This document shows positions 9,313 to 19,513 of a stretch of DNA of 64,000 nucleotides, one piece after another. The notes beneath the pieces were generated by a model that was given only the letters and a program-made list of their open reading frames with translations, did not search any database and had not been told where the DNA came from. The stretch spans positions 1-64,000 of IMG/VR virus record IMGVR_UViG_3300020185_004577, one strand, 5' to 3'. The translations under genes were made by a program, and so were the position numbers. The first letter of the stretch is position 1; each line of letters starts with the position of its first letter. Source of the DNA: a virus.

Positions 9313-10182
9313 TTATTCAAAACCTATATCATTGGATGGGTTGTTTGAATATGTTGATGAAATAATATTGTCTTTCATTTCCTTTAACTCTTCTAACTTT
9401 TCAGAATAGTTATAACCATAAAGTTCTACCGATTCTATCAAATTTTTAATGTGTCCAATAGATAGTCCATTTGTATCTTTTGACATTTTTCCAATTTTAC
9501 TTTTAGTTATTTTTATGTCTAACTTTTCACAAAAAGACCTAATGTATTGACCTCTCTCTACATCGTCTGGATATTCTATAAAAAACTTTTCTTCAAACAT
9601 TCCTGGCTTGTCTGTTAGAAATTCTGCTATTTTTGATTCAAAATTAGTAGTTGCAATAAAATATACTCCATCTTTGTTTTCATTAGATTTAAGTATGTTT
9701 TTTGCAGCAGATATCCCATACTTCTCTAAAGATACTCCAAAATCTTCCATGATAATCAAAATGTCAGTATTGTCGTTGCTTTCTTTTACAAAAGAAATGA
9801 AGCTATTTAAATCAGTTGGGTCTTCAACATAAATAACTACACCATCATAAGACTCCGCAACCCTTCTACATAAATACTTTTTACCGCACCCAGGCTGTCC
9901 ATGTATCAATATAGCTCTATTAAACTCGACCCCAGATGATTTGTACTTATTTTTTAAATTTATAAAACTATTAAAATCATCACTAATATCTTTATAATAA
10001 GAGTTTAATATTTCCAAAGGTTTATCATTAGAAAATGATGCCTTAAAAAGGTGTGGACCTTGCTCTAGCGAATACTTAAGATGATATATACCGTTTGGTA
10101 TTTTGCTATATACTGACTTCGCTGGGTGGAATTCTAAACCATCTTCTGAAGTCCATACTCTTTTAATTTTGTTTTCTGACAT
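9313..10182 (-). CDS. AAA+ ATPase-like protein, degenerate
   Basis: ILIHGQPGCGKK Walker A, LIIMED Walker B, FIATTN sensor, C-terminal IGF. Confidence 0.8.
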   Translation of the reverse strand: MSENKIKRVWTSEDGLEFHPAKSVYSKIPNGIYHLKYSLEQGPHLFKASFSNDKPLEILNSYYKDISDDFNSFINLKNKYKSSGVEFNRAILIHGQPGCGKKYLCRRVAESYDGVVIYVEDPTDLNSFISFVKESNDNTDILIIMEDFGVSLEKYGISAAKNILKSNENKDGVYFIATTNFESKIAEFLTDKPGMFEEKFFIEYPDDVERGQYIRSFCEKLDIKITKSKIGKMSKDTNGLSIGHIKNLIESVELYGYNYSEKLEELKEMKDNIISSTYSNNPSNDIGFE

Positions 10183-10275
10183 AATATTTTAATATAGATT
10201 AAATATAAGAAAAATATAGACAAAGTCAATATAGATTATAAAAAATATTGTATATTTATTAATAAATCATAACTT

Positions 10276-11094
10276 ATGAAAAAAGGTACATCAAATAACA
10301 TATTCATTAAAAACTTTATAAAAGAAAGTTATAAGTCTGTTGATGAAAAAGTTAATGAAATAAAAGATAAAATAAAAAAATTAGAATCAGAAGAAGAACA
10401 AGCTTTAAAAAACTGGGGTGGTGAGTCTGAGAGCGAAGAAGAATTTAGTGCTGAAGAGTTTTTTGGGGATGCTGGAGATGCTGCTGAAGAAGACATAAAA
10501 TCAGACCCAGAAATGGGTGGCGAAGATGAGTTTGCTCCATTTGGAAGCTTAGAAGACCCTAGAATGTTAAAGGGTTTAACTGAAAATCAATTTAGATTAG
10601 TTATTAGAAATATGATTAAAGAGTCAGGCTACCCATCATTAGATGGGGGTGAAAATGCTGATGGTGGCGAGGCTGAAAATGACAACAATGACGATGCTAC
10701 AGTCGCTGAGTCTGACGACAATTTAGAAGAAGAGAGGATAGCAAATACTGAATCTAAACATGAGGTTAACCAGCTTAGAAACTTTATTGGTAGCCATATA
10801 TATGGAGAAGATTTAGGTGACTTAGGAAAAATGTATGTTGCCTATTCATATGGAGAACAGTTTCCAACATATCTACACTACAAAGGAAAGTGGTACCACA
10901 ATACCGACTATTATATGTTAGATGATGGAAAGATTAATAAACCTACTGAAAAACACAAAAAAGACATGAAGCCCTCAAAAGAAACTCATGGTATGTCCAC
11001 TATAGGCTTGCAAAGTTTGATTAGAGCTTTTAAGAAAAAAAATAAGTTAGGAGATAACAATCATACAGATGTTGAACCTGGTGAAAAGAACTAA
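10276..11094 (+). CDS. Acidic putative internal head protein with conserved-looking C-terminal YVAYSYG domain
   Basis: 272 aa; FIKNFIKES and LTENQFRLVIRNMIKES motifs; late motif upstream. Confidence 0.55.
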   Translation: MKKGTSNNIFIKNFIKESYKSVDEKVNEIKDKIKKLESEEEQALKNWGGESESEEEFSAEEFFGDAGDAAEEDIKSDPEMGGEDEFAPFGSLEDPRMLKGLTENQFRLVIRNMIKESGYPSLDGGENADGGEAENDNNDDATVAESDDNLEEERIANTESKHEVNQLRNFIGSHIYGEDLGDLGKMYVAYSYGEQFPTYLHYKGKWYHNTDYYMLDDGKINKPTEKHKKDMKPSKETHGMSTIGLQSLIRAFKKKNKLGDNNHTDVEPGEKN

Positions 11095-11102
11095 TTAATA
11101 CT

Positions 11103-11585
11103 TTACTTATCTTCTTGTGAGATTTCTTCCAATATTTCACCTATAACATCTAACCAAAGTACTAAAGCCCAATTGTCAGCACTTTTTTCCCAAGGCCTAT
11201 CATCATACGGTATATAATGTGTCATACGCTCTCCTAGCCAATATTTGGGATTTTGACACAAATCTCCATTAACCATATCTATTACATGCCCCATCTCATG
11301 CAACAAAACCCATACTCTATCCATTTTGTCAACAATATATGTGCTCAATGATATTTGATACAAATTTTCTGAATACTGGTATGTTACTCCTTTTACATAA
11401 CTTTGTAATGATTCGTTTCCATTTAATAATATTGTAACATTTGTATCACAAACATATTTATCCATTACCCTTTGAGCTACTAAAGACTCAAATTTAGGAT
11501 TAGAAAAGTGAGGTATTAAATTTTGGGAGTTAACAGAAAATAATAATATTAAAAATGTTATTATCAAAGGAAAACTAATCTTCAT
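11103..11585 (-). CDS. Secreted/membrane-anchored zinc metallopeptidase-like protein
   Basis: Hydrophobic N-terminus, LLHEMGH, downstream RPWE. Confidence 0.7.
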   Translation of the reverse strand: MKISFPLIITFLILLFSVNSQNLIPHFSNPKFESLVAQRVMDKYVCDTNVTILLNGNESLQSYVKGVTYQYSENLYQISLSTYIVDKMDRVWVLLHEMGHVIDMVNGDLCQNPKYWLGERMTHYIPYDDRPWEKSADNWALVLWLDVIGEILEEISQEDK

Positions 11586-11760
11586 CTTTTAGTTTCTGTA
11601 TATGCTTAGCCTTATTTATTTCATCCCTTCTCTTTACTGATTTTTTAGTATAATCTTTTCTGTCTCTAATATCATTAAGCATTTTAGTTTTAAAAACTTT
11701 ATTTTTCAAATTTTTTAAAGCCTGATTTATATTTCCTTTTTTAACTTTTATTTTAAGCAT
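11575..11760 (-). CDS. rpsU: Ribosomal protein bS21 (phage-encoded)
   Basis: 61 aa basic; NINQALKNLKNK...YTKKSVKRR matches the bS21 pattern. Confidence 0.9.
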   Translation of the reverse strand: MLKIKVKKGNINQALKNLKNKVFKTKMLNDIRDRKDYTKKSVKRRDEINKAKHIQKLKDED

Positions 11761-11766
11761 ATATTT

Positions 11767-12696
11767 TTACTTATTATTTTTTTTCTTAGATGTTGACCAC
11801 CAATCTGAAGAGGTTTCTTTTGTCTTGATATCTAACTCTTTATCTTCTTCACTTAACATGTCTAGGGTTAAATATTTAGACATAATTACAGAAGCTTCAG
11901 CATAATCTACCTTTGCTGTCCTTTCATTATCAGAAAGTTCTGTTATATCTAAAAAATTACATAAAGTTAAAAACATCTTTATATTATCGTCTGTATATTC
12001 TGAACTTACACTCTTTCTAAATTCAACATAAGTTGGAAGAACCTGCCCTGACTTAACTTGTCCACTATCATATAATGATGTTAATAAAGGTTCGAATATT
12101 TGCTTATCTTGTTCAAGTTTTTTTTTCTTTTGGTTAACTAAATCTTGAAATTCATTTTTTTTTACAGTTGATTCATCAACATCTTTTTCTAAATTATCTA
12201 AATTTTCATCTTCAACTTGTTCAACTTCAACTTCTTCCTTCTGATATTTAACAAAGAAATGCAAAGAAGTTAAGGATATAACTGGTAACAATCCACCTTC
12301 TAAAAATGCTAAATACCTTTTCATGGATGGTATGTCATTGGTATCAGAGCCAAGCATTTCCCATATAGGTCCAGTTAATTCAATCCACGAAATAAAAAGC
12401 TCACCACTTGGGTCTATTTCTTTATATGAATAAAATATGTTGCCTAGCATTTGAATAAAAGTAACCAAACCAAACATAAACCAAACACCACCCTTAACCT
12501 TATTTGTAGCAGCAACCAAAGCAGTAATTGCAGCAACTTCTATAGCAATAGATAAATATACAGCCCAACTAAATGGATTTGCTATGTCATACCAAGTTAC
12601 AACATGTGAAATCGATATACCAGCAACCAATAATATTGGCACCAAAAACATTGCTCTATTAGGGTTATCTTTTACCCAATTGAAAAACCTAATCAT
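11767..12696 (-). CDS. Multi-pass membrane protein with soluble C-terminal domain
   Basis: About four hydrophobic segments in aa 15-150, then a charged tail. Confidence 0.75.
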   Translation of the reverse strand: MIRFFNWVKDNPNRAMFLVPILLVAGISISHVVTWYDIANPFSWAVYLSIAIEVAAITALVAATNKVKGGVWFMFGLVTFIQMLGNIFYSYKEIDPSGELFISWIELTGPIWEMLGSDTNDIPSMKRYLAFLEGGLLPVISLTSLHFFVKYQKEEVEVEQVEDENLDNLEKDVDESTVKKNEFQDLVNQKKKKLEQDKQIFEPLLTSLYDSGQVKSGQVLPTYVEFRKSVSSEYTDDNIKMFLTLCNFLDITELSDNERTAKVDYAEASVIMSKYLTLDMLSEEDKELDIKTKETSSDWWSTSKKKNNK

Positions 12697-13001
12697 TTTT
12701 GAAGTTCTTTAATGTTGTTTTTAACCAATGAGTGCAATTCCATCAGTTGAGAACCTCTATCTTTACTTGAAATCCAATTATCATATTCAAGGTGAATGTT
12801 TATTTTTTCAACTCTTACAACTTCTGGTATACTATCTATCTTTTGGCTCAGACTGTCTATTACAAGAATTTGTTTCTCATTTGATTGTTCTAACTTTTTA
12901 ATACTCCCACCTCTTGAGCAAGACCTAAAAAAGAAAAAAACAAGTAATATAGCCAATATATATACTTTGTATTTTTTAATGAATTCTGTTATTTTCTTCA
13001 T
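12693..13001 (-). CDS. Membrane-anchored/lipoprotein-like coiled-coil protein (spanin-like candidate)
   Basis: Start moved to MKKITEF (13001), downstream of TATTTATA; one TM segment ending FFFFRSC, then coiled coil. Confidence 0.55.
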   Translation of the reverse strand: MKKITEFIKKYKVYILAILLVFFFFRSCSRGGSIKKLEQSNEKQILVIDSLSQKIDSIPEVVRVEKINIHLEYDNWISSKDRGSQLMELHSLVKNNIKELQK

Positions 13002-13079
13002 ATTTTCTATTTTTATTGTTATATATAAATATTGTGAAAAACAAATATATGATATTTTACACAAAAATAAAGGATAGTT

Positions 13080-14201
13080 TTACTTTACAAAATGCTCTCT
13101 AAAACTCTTGTAAATACCAAGAGGTTCATTTCCTGCATTTTTCTTAAGATTTGACAAAGCCATTCTGGTGTTATCATCAATTTCATGCGAATTGGGAATG
13201 TCTACATTAATATATACAATTAAATCACCCACCTTGTTTTGGCCGTAAACAGGAAGGCCTTTACCAGAAACTCTAAAAGCTTTGCCAATATATGAATTGG
13301 GTGGAATGTTTATTTTTATCTTACCGTGAGGAGTGTCTATTTCTGTTTCACTATTACCAAATATAGCGTCTATAAGACTAATATTCTTGTCTAAAATAAC
13401 ATTATCTTTCTCTACACAAAAAAGGTCATGCTTTTTCTCAAATAAATCAACTAACAAATCACCACTTTCTCCACCCTTGACAAAATCACCCTTTCCTTTT
13501 ATTGCAAAAGGCATATTAGACCTAGAACCTTTAGGGATTTTAATATCAACTTCTTCCTCCTCGTTAAAGTTGGCACCCAAACTACCGCAAGGAACACAAA
13601 TTTCTTTTATAATAATACCAGCGCCCTGACAATAATTGCATGTAGACTCTTGTCTAATAACTCCTAAAGGCGTTACTTGTTGAATGACAACTCTACCCCT
13701 TCCAGAACATTGAGGACAGTTTGTGTGACTTTTTCCACCTTTTGAACCTGAACCATTGCAACTTTTACATTTAGACTTTCTTTTAATTAAAACTTTTTTA
13801 TTTACACCATTAACAATTTCTTCTATTGTAATTCCTAACTTTATTCTTAAATTTCTTCCTTTTAAATTTTGTCTATAATTATGTTGATTACCACTTCTGC
13901 CGAACATGTCATTAAACAAATCTTCCATAGATGAATTTCCACCAAATCCACCACCATAACCATAATGACTGTTTCCACCATTGCCTACATGTCCATAAGC
14001 ATCATATTTTGCTCTTTTTTCTGAATCGCCCAATACATCATAAGACTCTGAGATTTCTTTAAATCTTTCCTCAGCGTCTTTATTTCCATGATTTTTATCT
14101 GGGTGGTGTTTTATGGCAAGCTTTCGATAAGCTTTCTTTATCTCTACAGAAGTAGAAGACTTTGTTACTCCCAAAACTTTATAGTAATCTAATTGCGACA
14201 T
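13080..14201 (-). CDS. dnaJ: Chaperone DnaJ
   Basis: J domain with HPD, G/F-rich region, four CxxC zinc-finger repeats, C-terminal domain. Confidence 0.97.
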   Translation of the reverse strand: MSQLDYYKVLGVTKSSTSVEIKKAYRKLAIKHHPDKNHGNKDAEERFKEISESYDVLGDSEKRAKYDAYGHVGNGGNSHYGYGGGFGGNSSMEDLFNDMFGRSGNQHNYRQNLKGRNLRIKLGITIEEIVNGVNKKVLIKRKSKCKSCNGSGSKGGKSHTNCPQCSGRGRVVIQQVTPLGVIRQESTCNYCQGAGIIIKEICVPCGSLGANFNEEEEVDIKIPKGSRSNMPFAIKGKGDFVKGGESGDLLVDLFEKKHDLFCVEKDNVILDKNISLIDAIFGNSETEIDTPHGKIKINIPPNSYIGKAFRVSGKGLPVYGQNKVGDLIVYINVDIPNSHEIDDNTRMALSNLKKNAGNEPLGIYKSFREHFVK

Positions 14202-14241
14202 TTTATAAATGTAGCATATAAATAAAAAAAATAAATAAACG

Positions 14242-14676
14242 TTAAGAGTTTCTTACCATTATAAATCTTGCTCTCGTGGTGATTTTGTTATTTGAATAAA
14301 ATTTGTCTTCAATTCTAAAGTTTGAACCGAAAAACTTACCCATGTCAAACGAAACTAAAGAAACTAAATCTGAACCATGCACCTCTGAAGATGTCCAACA
14401 AGGTGGCAAAAGTAAAAAAGGATATTTATCAATTAAATAATTATTATGATTATATTGACCGAAACCTTGTTCTATCTCATTATCGTTACGAATAAATTTT
14501 ATAATATCATAACATTCTTGATAAGTTGGAAGTCTCCATCCAGAACCATATTTACTGCAATATAATTTAGCATCTTTCCATCCTAAATTTAATTTATTGT
14601 CAGGAATTTTAATAGATAAATTATTTATGTATAATCCATTTTCTAATATTAAATGACGTTTAAACTCATTTCTCAT
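14242..14676 (-). CDS. DUF1566/Lcl-C-like protein
   Basis: WKDAKLYC..GSGWRLPT..E and WTSS motifs. Confidence 0.65.
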   Translation of the reverse strand: MRNEFKRHLILENGLYINNLSIKIPDNKLNLGWKDAKLYCSKYGSGWRLPTYQECYDIIKFIRNDNEIEQGFGQYNHNNYLIDKYPFLLLPPCWTSSEVHGSDLVSLVSFDMGKFFGSNFRIEDKFYSNNKITTRARFIMVRNS

Positions 14677-14681
14677 AACAC

Positions 14682-14713
14682 AAAAAAGGCCTCAATTTCT
14701 TAAGGCCTATTTT
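14682..14713 (-). terminator. Intrinsic terminator after clpP
   Basis: aggcct...aggcct stem with a U-tract on the minus strand. Confidence 0.7.
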
Positions 14714-14729
14714 ACTTTTTTATTTAACT

Positions 14730-15482
14730 TTATTTCTTAGACCTAGTGGTTCTAGCCTTTTTGGGAGGCTCCAAACCAACAACGTGGTCTATAACTCCGT
14801 ATTCTAGAGCTTCTACTGCTGTCATCCAATAATCTCTATCACAATCTGCATGTATAGTTTCGAACTTTTGACCAGTATGGTGAGCTATAATTTCATACAA
14901 CTCTTTTTTGAGTAAATTAATCTGTGTAGCAGTTATTTCAATATCTGAAGCTTGTGATTGACCAATGCCACCCAATGGCTGATGTTGCATTGAGCGAGAA
15001 TGTTTTAAAGCATATCTTTTACCCTTCGCCCCCGCTGTTAACAAAACAAATGCCATAGAAGCGCAAAGACCCATGTTATAAGTTCCTACATTGGGTGCTA
15101 CCGCTTGCATAGTGTCATATATACCCAATCCAGCATATACTGAGCCTCCAGGGCTATTTATGTACATTTTTACATCTTTTTTCTTATCTACAGACTCTAA
15201 ATATAATAATTGAGCATTTATTACATTTGCAACTTGGTCAGTAACTGGCATGCCCATATATATAATTCTGTCCATCATTAATCTCGAAAAAACATCCATA
15301 GCAACAGCATTCATCTGTCTTTCTTCAATAATATTTGGAGTCATGCCTACAGGTGAAGTTTCTAACATAGAAACTGGGTTCATTACACTTCTCATTTGAA
15401 TATTTTCGTAATCATGAAATGTCATACTTGAAACACCGTGGTCTCTTGCGAATAATTTAAAATCCTTCTTTATATTTTTCAT
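14730..15482 (-). CDS. clpP: ATP-dependent Clp protease proteolytic subunit
   Basis: DVFSRLMMDRII, YINSPGGS, CASM (catalytic Ser), HQPLGG, DRDYW; start reassigned to MKNIKKDF (15482). Confidence 0.96.
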   Translation of the reverse strand: MKNIKKDFKLFARDHGVSSMTFHDYENIQMRSVMNPVSMLETSPVGMTPNIIEERQMNAVAMDVFSRLMMDRIIYMGMPVTDQVANVINAQLLYLESVDKKKDVKMYINSPGGSVYAGLGIYDTMQAVAPNVGTYNMGLCASMAFVLLTAGAKGKRYALKHSRSMQHQPLGGIGQSQASDIEITATQINLLKKELYEIIAHHTGQKFETIHADCDRDYWMTAVEALEYGVIDHVVGLEPPKKARTTRSKK

Positions 15483-15483
15483 A

Positions 15484-17568
15484 TTATTTTTTATTTGTTT
15501 TTTTAGAAACTCTTTTTGCAACTTTTTTAACAACAACATTATCTTCTTTAGCGCTATAGTCAACAGATAATTTATCTCCTAATTTTATTTCACCTCTCAA
15601 CACGGCTTGTGAAGCTGGGTTTTGTACGTACTTTGTAACTGCCCTTATTACAGGTCTTGCTCCAAATTCTTCACTGTAACTTTCCTTTAATAAGAAATCT
15701 TTCATTTTCTTTGTAATAGAAAGTTCATACTCTCCGTTTTCAAACATTCTTTTTGCCAAAGAACTAACATGTATATCTACTATTTTAGAAATATCATCTT
15801 CTTTTAAAGTGTTAAAGACAACTTTTTCATCAATTCTATTAATAAACTCTGGTCTGAACACTTTTTTGAGCGACTTTGCAATAACATCATTAACATTCAT
15901 ATCGTCAGTTGTGCCAGAATCAAAACCTACAGGAGTGACATCCAACTCTTTAACTCCAATATTAGAAGTCATTATTATAATGGTATTTTTAAAGTTAATC
16001 TCTCTACCTAGACTATCAGTCAACATCCCTTCATCTAATATTTGCAAAAGAACATTACTAACATCTCTATGCGCTTTTTCTATTTCGTCAAAAAGAATAA
16101 CACTATAAGGATTGTTTTTAACAGCATCTGCTAATTGTCCACCCTCATCGTGACCTACATACCCAGGAGGTGAACCTATCATTCTAGACACTGAATGAGG
16201 CTCCATGTACTCTGACATATCAAGTCTTATGAGAGACTCTTCATTTCCAAACATATATTCAGCTAAAGCTTTAGTTAGTTCAGTTTTACCAACTCCAGTC
16301 CTTCCTAAAAACAAAAATGAAGCAATTGGTCTATTTGGATTATGAAAACCTGCTGCAGACCTTTGTACAGCTTCTGAAACCTTTTGAACAGCTTCATCTT
16401 GACCAATAACTCTAGACTTTATTTCTTCAGGCATTTTAATTAACCTCAAACCTTCATCATCAGTTAGTTTCTTAACAGGAATACCAGTCATTCTAGCAAC
16501 AACTCTAGCTATTTCATCAAGTAAAACATCAACTTTGTTTTCTTTACTTTCTTTATCCCAATTAAATTTATCTAACTCTAATTGTTTTTCCATTTTTCTA
16601 ATAGCATCTCTTGAATCTGCTGCCATTTCAAATTCTTGCTTTTTTATATGACTAGCCTTTAATTCCACTTGAGACTCTATATCTTTTTCTAATTGAAGAA
16701 TTTCTTCAGGAACATTTATATTATCTATGTGAACTCTAGAACCAACTTCATCCATTATATCTATTGCCTTATCTGGGAATTGTCTCTCTGTAATATATCT
16801 TTCAGCATATGTAATACAAGCATCTATAGCCTCCTCATTAAAAGATACATTATGAAAATTTTCATAGTGCTGTTTGATATTCATTAATATTTCTTTAGTC
16901 TCTTCAGTTGTGGGTGGTACAACTTTAACTTTTTGAAATCTTCTTTCTAAAGCTCCATCTTTTTCTATAGTTTTTTTATACTCATCTATAGTAGTAGCAC
17001 CAATACATTGAATGGCACCTCTAGAAAGAGCTGGTTTAATCATGTTTGCAACATCTAAAGAGCCCTGAGCATTACCAGTTCCTATTATAGTGTGTATTTC
17101 GTCAATAAAAACAATTACATCCTGATTTTCTTCAAGCTCTTCTATAATAGCCTTCATACGTTCCTCAAACTGGCCTCTGTATTTTGTGCCAGCAACAATA
17201 GATGACATCTCTAGTTCAACTATTCTTTTGTCGTGTAAAATTCTACTTACTTCTTTATTTACAATTTTCATTGCTATACCTTCAGCGATTGCAGTTTTAC
17301 CAACCCCTGGGTCTCCTATTAAAACAGGATTATTCTTTTTTCTTCTACTCAATATTTGTATTAGCCTATCAATTTCTTCTTCCCTTCCTATTACAGGGTC
17401 TAGCTGATTGTTCATTGCTAATAACGTTATATCTTTACCAAAAGAATCTAACGCTGGTGTCTTTGATTCTTTTCCATCTTTTCTCTTAATTCTTTTACCA
17501 TCATTTGGCTCTTTTCTACCACCGAATGATTCAAACTCACTTTCATCTGAAGACATATTGATATTCAT
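15484..17568 (-). CDS. clpC: ClpC-type AAA+ unfoldase lacking the N-terminal Clp-repeat domain
   Basis: Two Walker A motifs (GDPGVGKT, GRTGVGKT), UVR-type middle domain QEFEMAADSRD, VGF ClpP-docking loop. Confidence 0.93.
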   Translation of the reverse strand: MNINMSSDESEFESFGGRKEPNDGKRIKRKDGKESKTPALDSFGKDITLLAMNNQLDPVIGREEEIDRLIQILSRRKKNNPVLIGDPGVGKTAIAEGIAMKIVNKEVSRILHDKRIVELEMSSIVAGTKYRGQFEERMKAIIEELEENQDVIVFIDEIHTIIGTGNAQGSLDVANMIKPALSRGAIQCIGATTIDEYKKTIEKDGALERRFQKVKVVPPTTEETKEILMNIKQHYENFHNVSFNEEAIDACITYAERYITERQFPDKAIDIMDEVGSRVHIDNINVPEEILQLEKDIESQVELKASHIKKQEFEMAADSRDAIRKMEKQLELDKFNWDKESKENKVDVLLDEIARVVARMTGIPVKKLTDDEGLRLIKMPEEIKSRVIGQDEAVQKVSEAVQRSAAGFHNPNRPIASFLFLGRTGVGKTELTKALAEYMFGNEESLIRLDMSEYMEPHSVSRMIGSPPGYVGHDEGGQLADAVKNNPYSVILFDEIEKAHRDVSNVLLQILDEGMLTDSLGREINFKNTIIIMTSNIGVKELDVTPVGFDSGTTDDMNVNDVIAKSLKKVFRPEFINRIDEKVVFNTLKEDDISKIVDIHVSSLAKRMFENGEYELSITKKMKDFLLKESYSEEFGARPVIRAVTKYVQNPASQAVLRGEIKLGDKLSVDYSAKEDNVVVKKVAKRVSKKTNKK

Positions 17569-17652
17569 TTTTATTTATTTTTAATTGTTTTTACTATTGA
17601 TAATACTTTGTTCTGTAAAATTAACTATTAATTTGAAAAAACCAAACATAAA

Positions 17653-17982
17653 TTAATTTTTTAACACCAAAATCCACTCTTTTATTCTTTCTTGTTCTAT
17701 TGGGAATTTTATGTCTAAATCAATTTTATTGCTAAACCCCACAAAATCAGCAGATTTAAATCTAAAACCAAACACGCTAGAATAATTAGCAATTATTACT
17801 GTACCGCTTTTATTTATAAAATCTATTTCAAAAGTTCTTGGACTTTTTAAATCACCACTTATATGATATATGGATTTTATTAAATTTGAATCACCCCTAA
17901 ACTTTCTAATTATATATTTAGAATTGTATTTGGTTAAATAAATTCTACCAAGCTCATCTTTTAATTCAAACCCTTTTTTCAC
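17653..17982 (-). CDS. Hypothetical protein
   Basis: 109-aa ORF, GTG start, host-type promoter upstream. Confidence 0.6.
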   Translation of the reverse strand: MKKGFELKDELGRIYLTKYNSKYIIRKFRGDSNLIKSIYHISGDLKSPRTFEIDFINKSGTVIIANYSSVFGFRFKSADFVGFSNKIDLDIKFPIEQERIKEWILVLKN

Positions 17983-18049
17983 AATGTAAATTTAGTGAAT
18001 TTTTTGTGATTTTTCAACTATTTATAAATATTGTAATCACTTATAAGAT

Positions 18050-18484
18050 ATGAAAAAAAAAATTGGTGCTGGAATATTTGCTATTGATAAAAATAGTGGA
18101 AAAATATTGTTATGCAAAAGAGGTTTAGACACTTCGTTTTCTGAGATGTGGGCTGTATTTGGGGGAACTTTTGAAGAGACTGATGTAACACCAAAAAAAA
18201 CAGCCAAAAGAGAATTTTATGAAGAAACGGGGTCTGATGTAAATTATCAAATATCTAAAGAGCCGTTTTTTATAAACTCCAATAGGCTAATAGATTTTTA
18301 CACATATTTAGGCATATTTAATGGCCAACCAGAAATAAGAATAAACGAAGAAAGCCTTAGTTATGGTTGGTTTGATATAGACAATTTACCAAAAAATATA
18401 ATACCTGGGTTAAATGATATGCTTAACGAAAAAACTCCTGAAATTAAAGAAATAATAAAAAAATTATATAACTCTAACTATTAA
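18050..18484 (+). CDS. NUDIX hydrolase
   Basis: Nudix box GGTFEETDVTPKKTAKREFYEETG. Confidence 0.93.
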   Translation: MKKKIGAGIFAIDKNSGKILLCKRGLDTSFSEMWAVFGGTFEETDVTPKKTAKREFYEETGSDVNYQISKEPFFINSNRLIDFYTYLGIFNGQPEIRINEESLSYGWFDIDNLPKNIIPGLNDMLNEKTPEIKEIIKKLYNSNY

Positions 18485-19505
18485 AAGCATTTTTAAGTAT
18501 GTGCTTAATTACAGATACGGTAAATCCATTCCCTACCATTCTATACCTTTCAGTTCTAGAAACATTTTCCACATTCGTATAACCATCTGGCAAACACTGC
18601 AATCTCTCACATTCAATTATTGTCAATTTTCTAAATCCTTTTTGATTAAACTCTAAAGCTTTTTCTCCTCTAGGGTCTAATTGTAAACTCTTCTTTTCTC
18701 CAGAGAATTTATACATCTTCTCCTTCCCAGTTATAAATTTATTCATAAAAACTTCTTCGCCTTCTTTTAGGGCAGATTTTTCTACTTTTTTACCCTTAAA
18801 GACTATTTGTCTTTTACTTTTCTTTACGTACATATCAAAGTTTGAGCCTTTGAAGTAGTTTGCATCTATACAATACGCCTTTTCTTTGTTTGTATACCCA
18901 TTCTCTAAAATATCTTTTAGCTTTTTATTTTCATCTTTTGGTTGGTCAACTTTTATATTTGTCCAATAAAGTCTATTTCTTTTTTGAGCAGATAATTTTT
19001 CGGAGTTTATATTTACATAAGGAGTCCCTATAGCTCTAGATATAGCAGTCTTACTATCCAAACTCATGCTTGCCACATTTTCTAAAAGAAAATACTTTGG
19101 ATTCAAATTTTCTTTCGCTTCTATATAATTCCAAAATAATCCACTCCTTTCTCCGTCAAGACCTTTTCTATTACTTTTTGCTATACTTAAATCTTGACAT
19201 GGTGAACCACCTATTAGCAAATCTACCTTTCCATTACAAATCTCTAGTATTTTTTTGTAATCTAAAGATTTAACGTCTCCCATTTGAATTATTTCAGGAT
19301 GATTACTCTTAGACACTTTCATTGCATTAACATCAACCTCTGAGGATATATATAAATTCACTTTTACACCCATTTCTTTTAATGCAACCATAGCACAAGA
19401 AGCTCCATCAAATAAACTAACTACATTGATTCCACTATCTTCTTTTGATTTAAAACCAATTATTGATATTAATATTTTAAATATTTTATTAAGCTTACTC
19501 ATCAT
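18474..19505 (-). CDS. C5 cytosine DNA methyltransferase
   Basis: SLFDG motif I, GGSPCQD catalytic motif, ENV, QKRNR, GNG. Confidence 0.93.
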   Translation of the reverse strand: MMSKLNKIFKILISIIGFKSKEDSGINVVSLFDGASCAMVALKEMGVKVNLYISSEVDVNAMKVSKSNHPEIIQMGDVKSLDYKKILEICNGKVDLLIGGSPCQDLSIAKSNRKGLDGERSGLFWNYIEAKENLNPKYFLLENVASMSLDSKTAISRAIGTPYVNINSEKLSAQKRNRLYWTNIKVDQPKDENKKLKDILENGYTNKEKAYCIDANYFKGSNFDMYVKKSKRQIVFKGKKVEKSALKEGEEVFMNKFITGKEKMYKFSGEKKSLQLDPRGEKALEFNQKGFRKLTIIECERLQCLPDGYTNVENVSRTERYRMVGNGFTVSVIKHILKNAFNS

Positions 19506-19513
19506 TTATTTAT

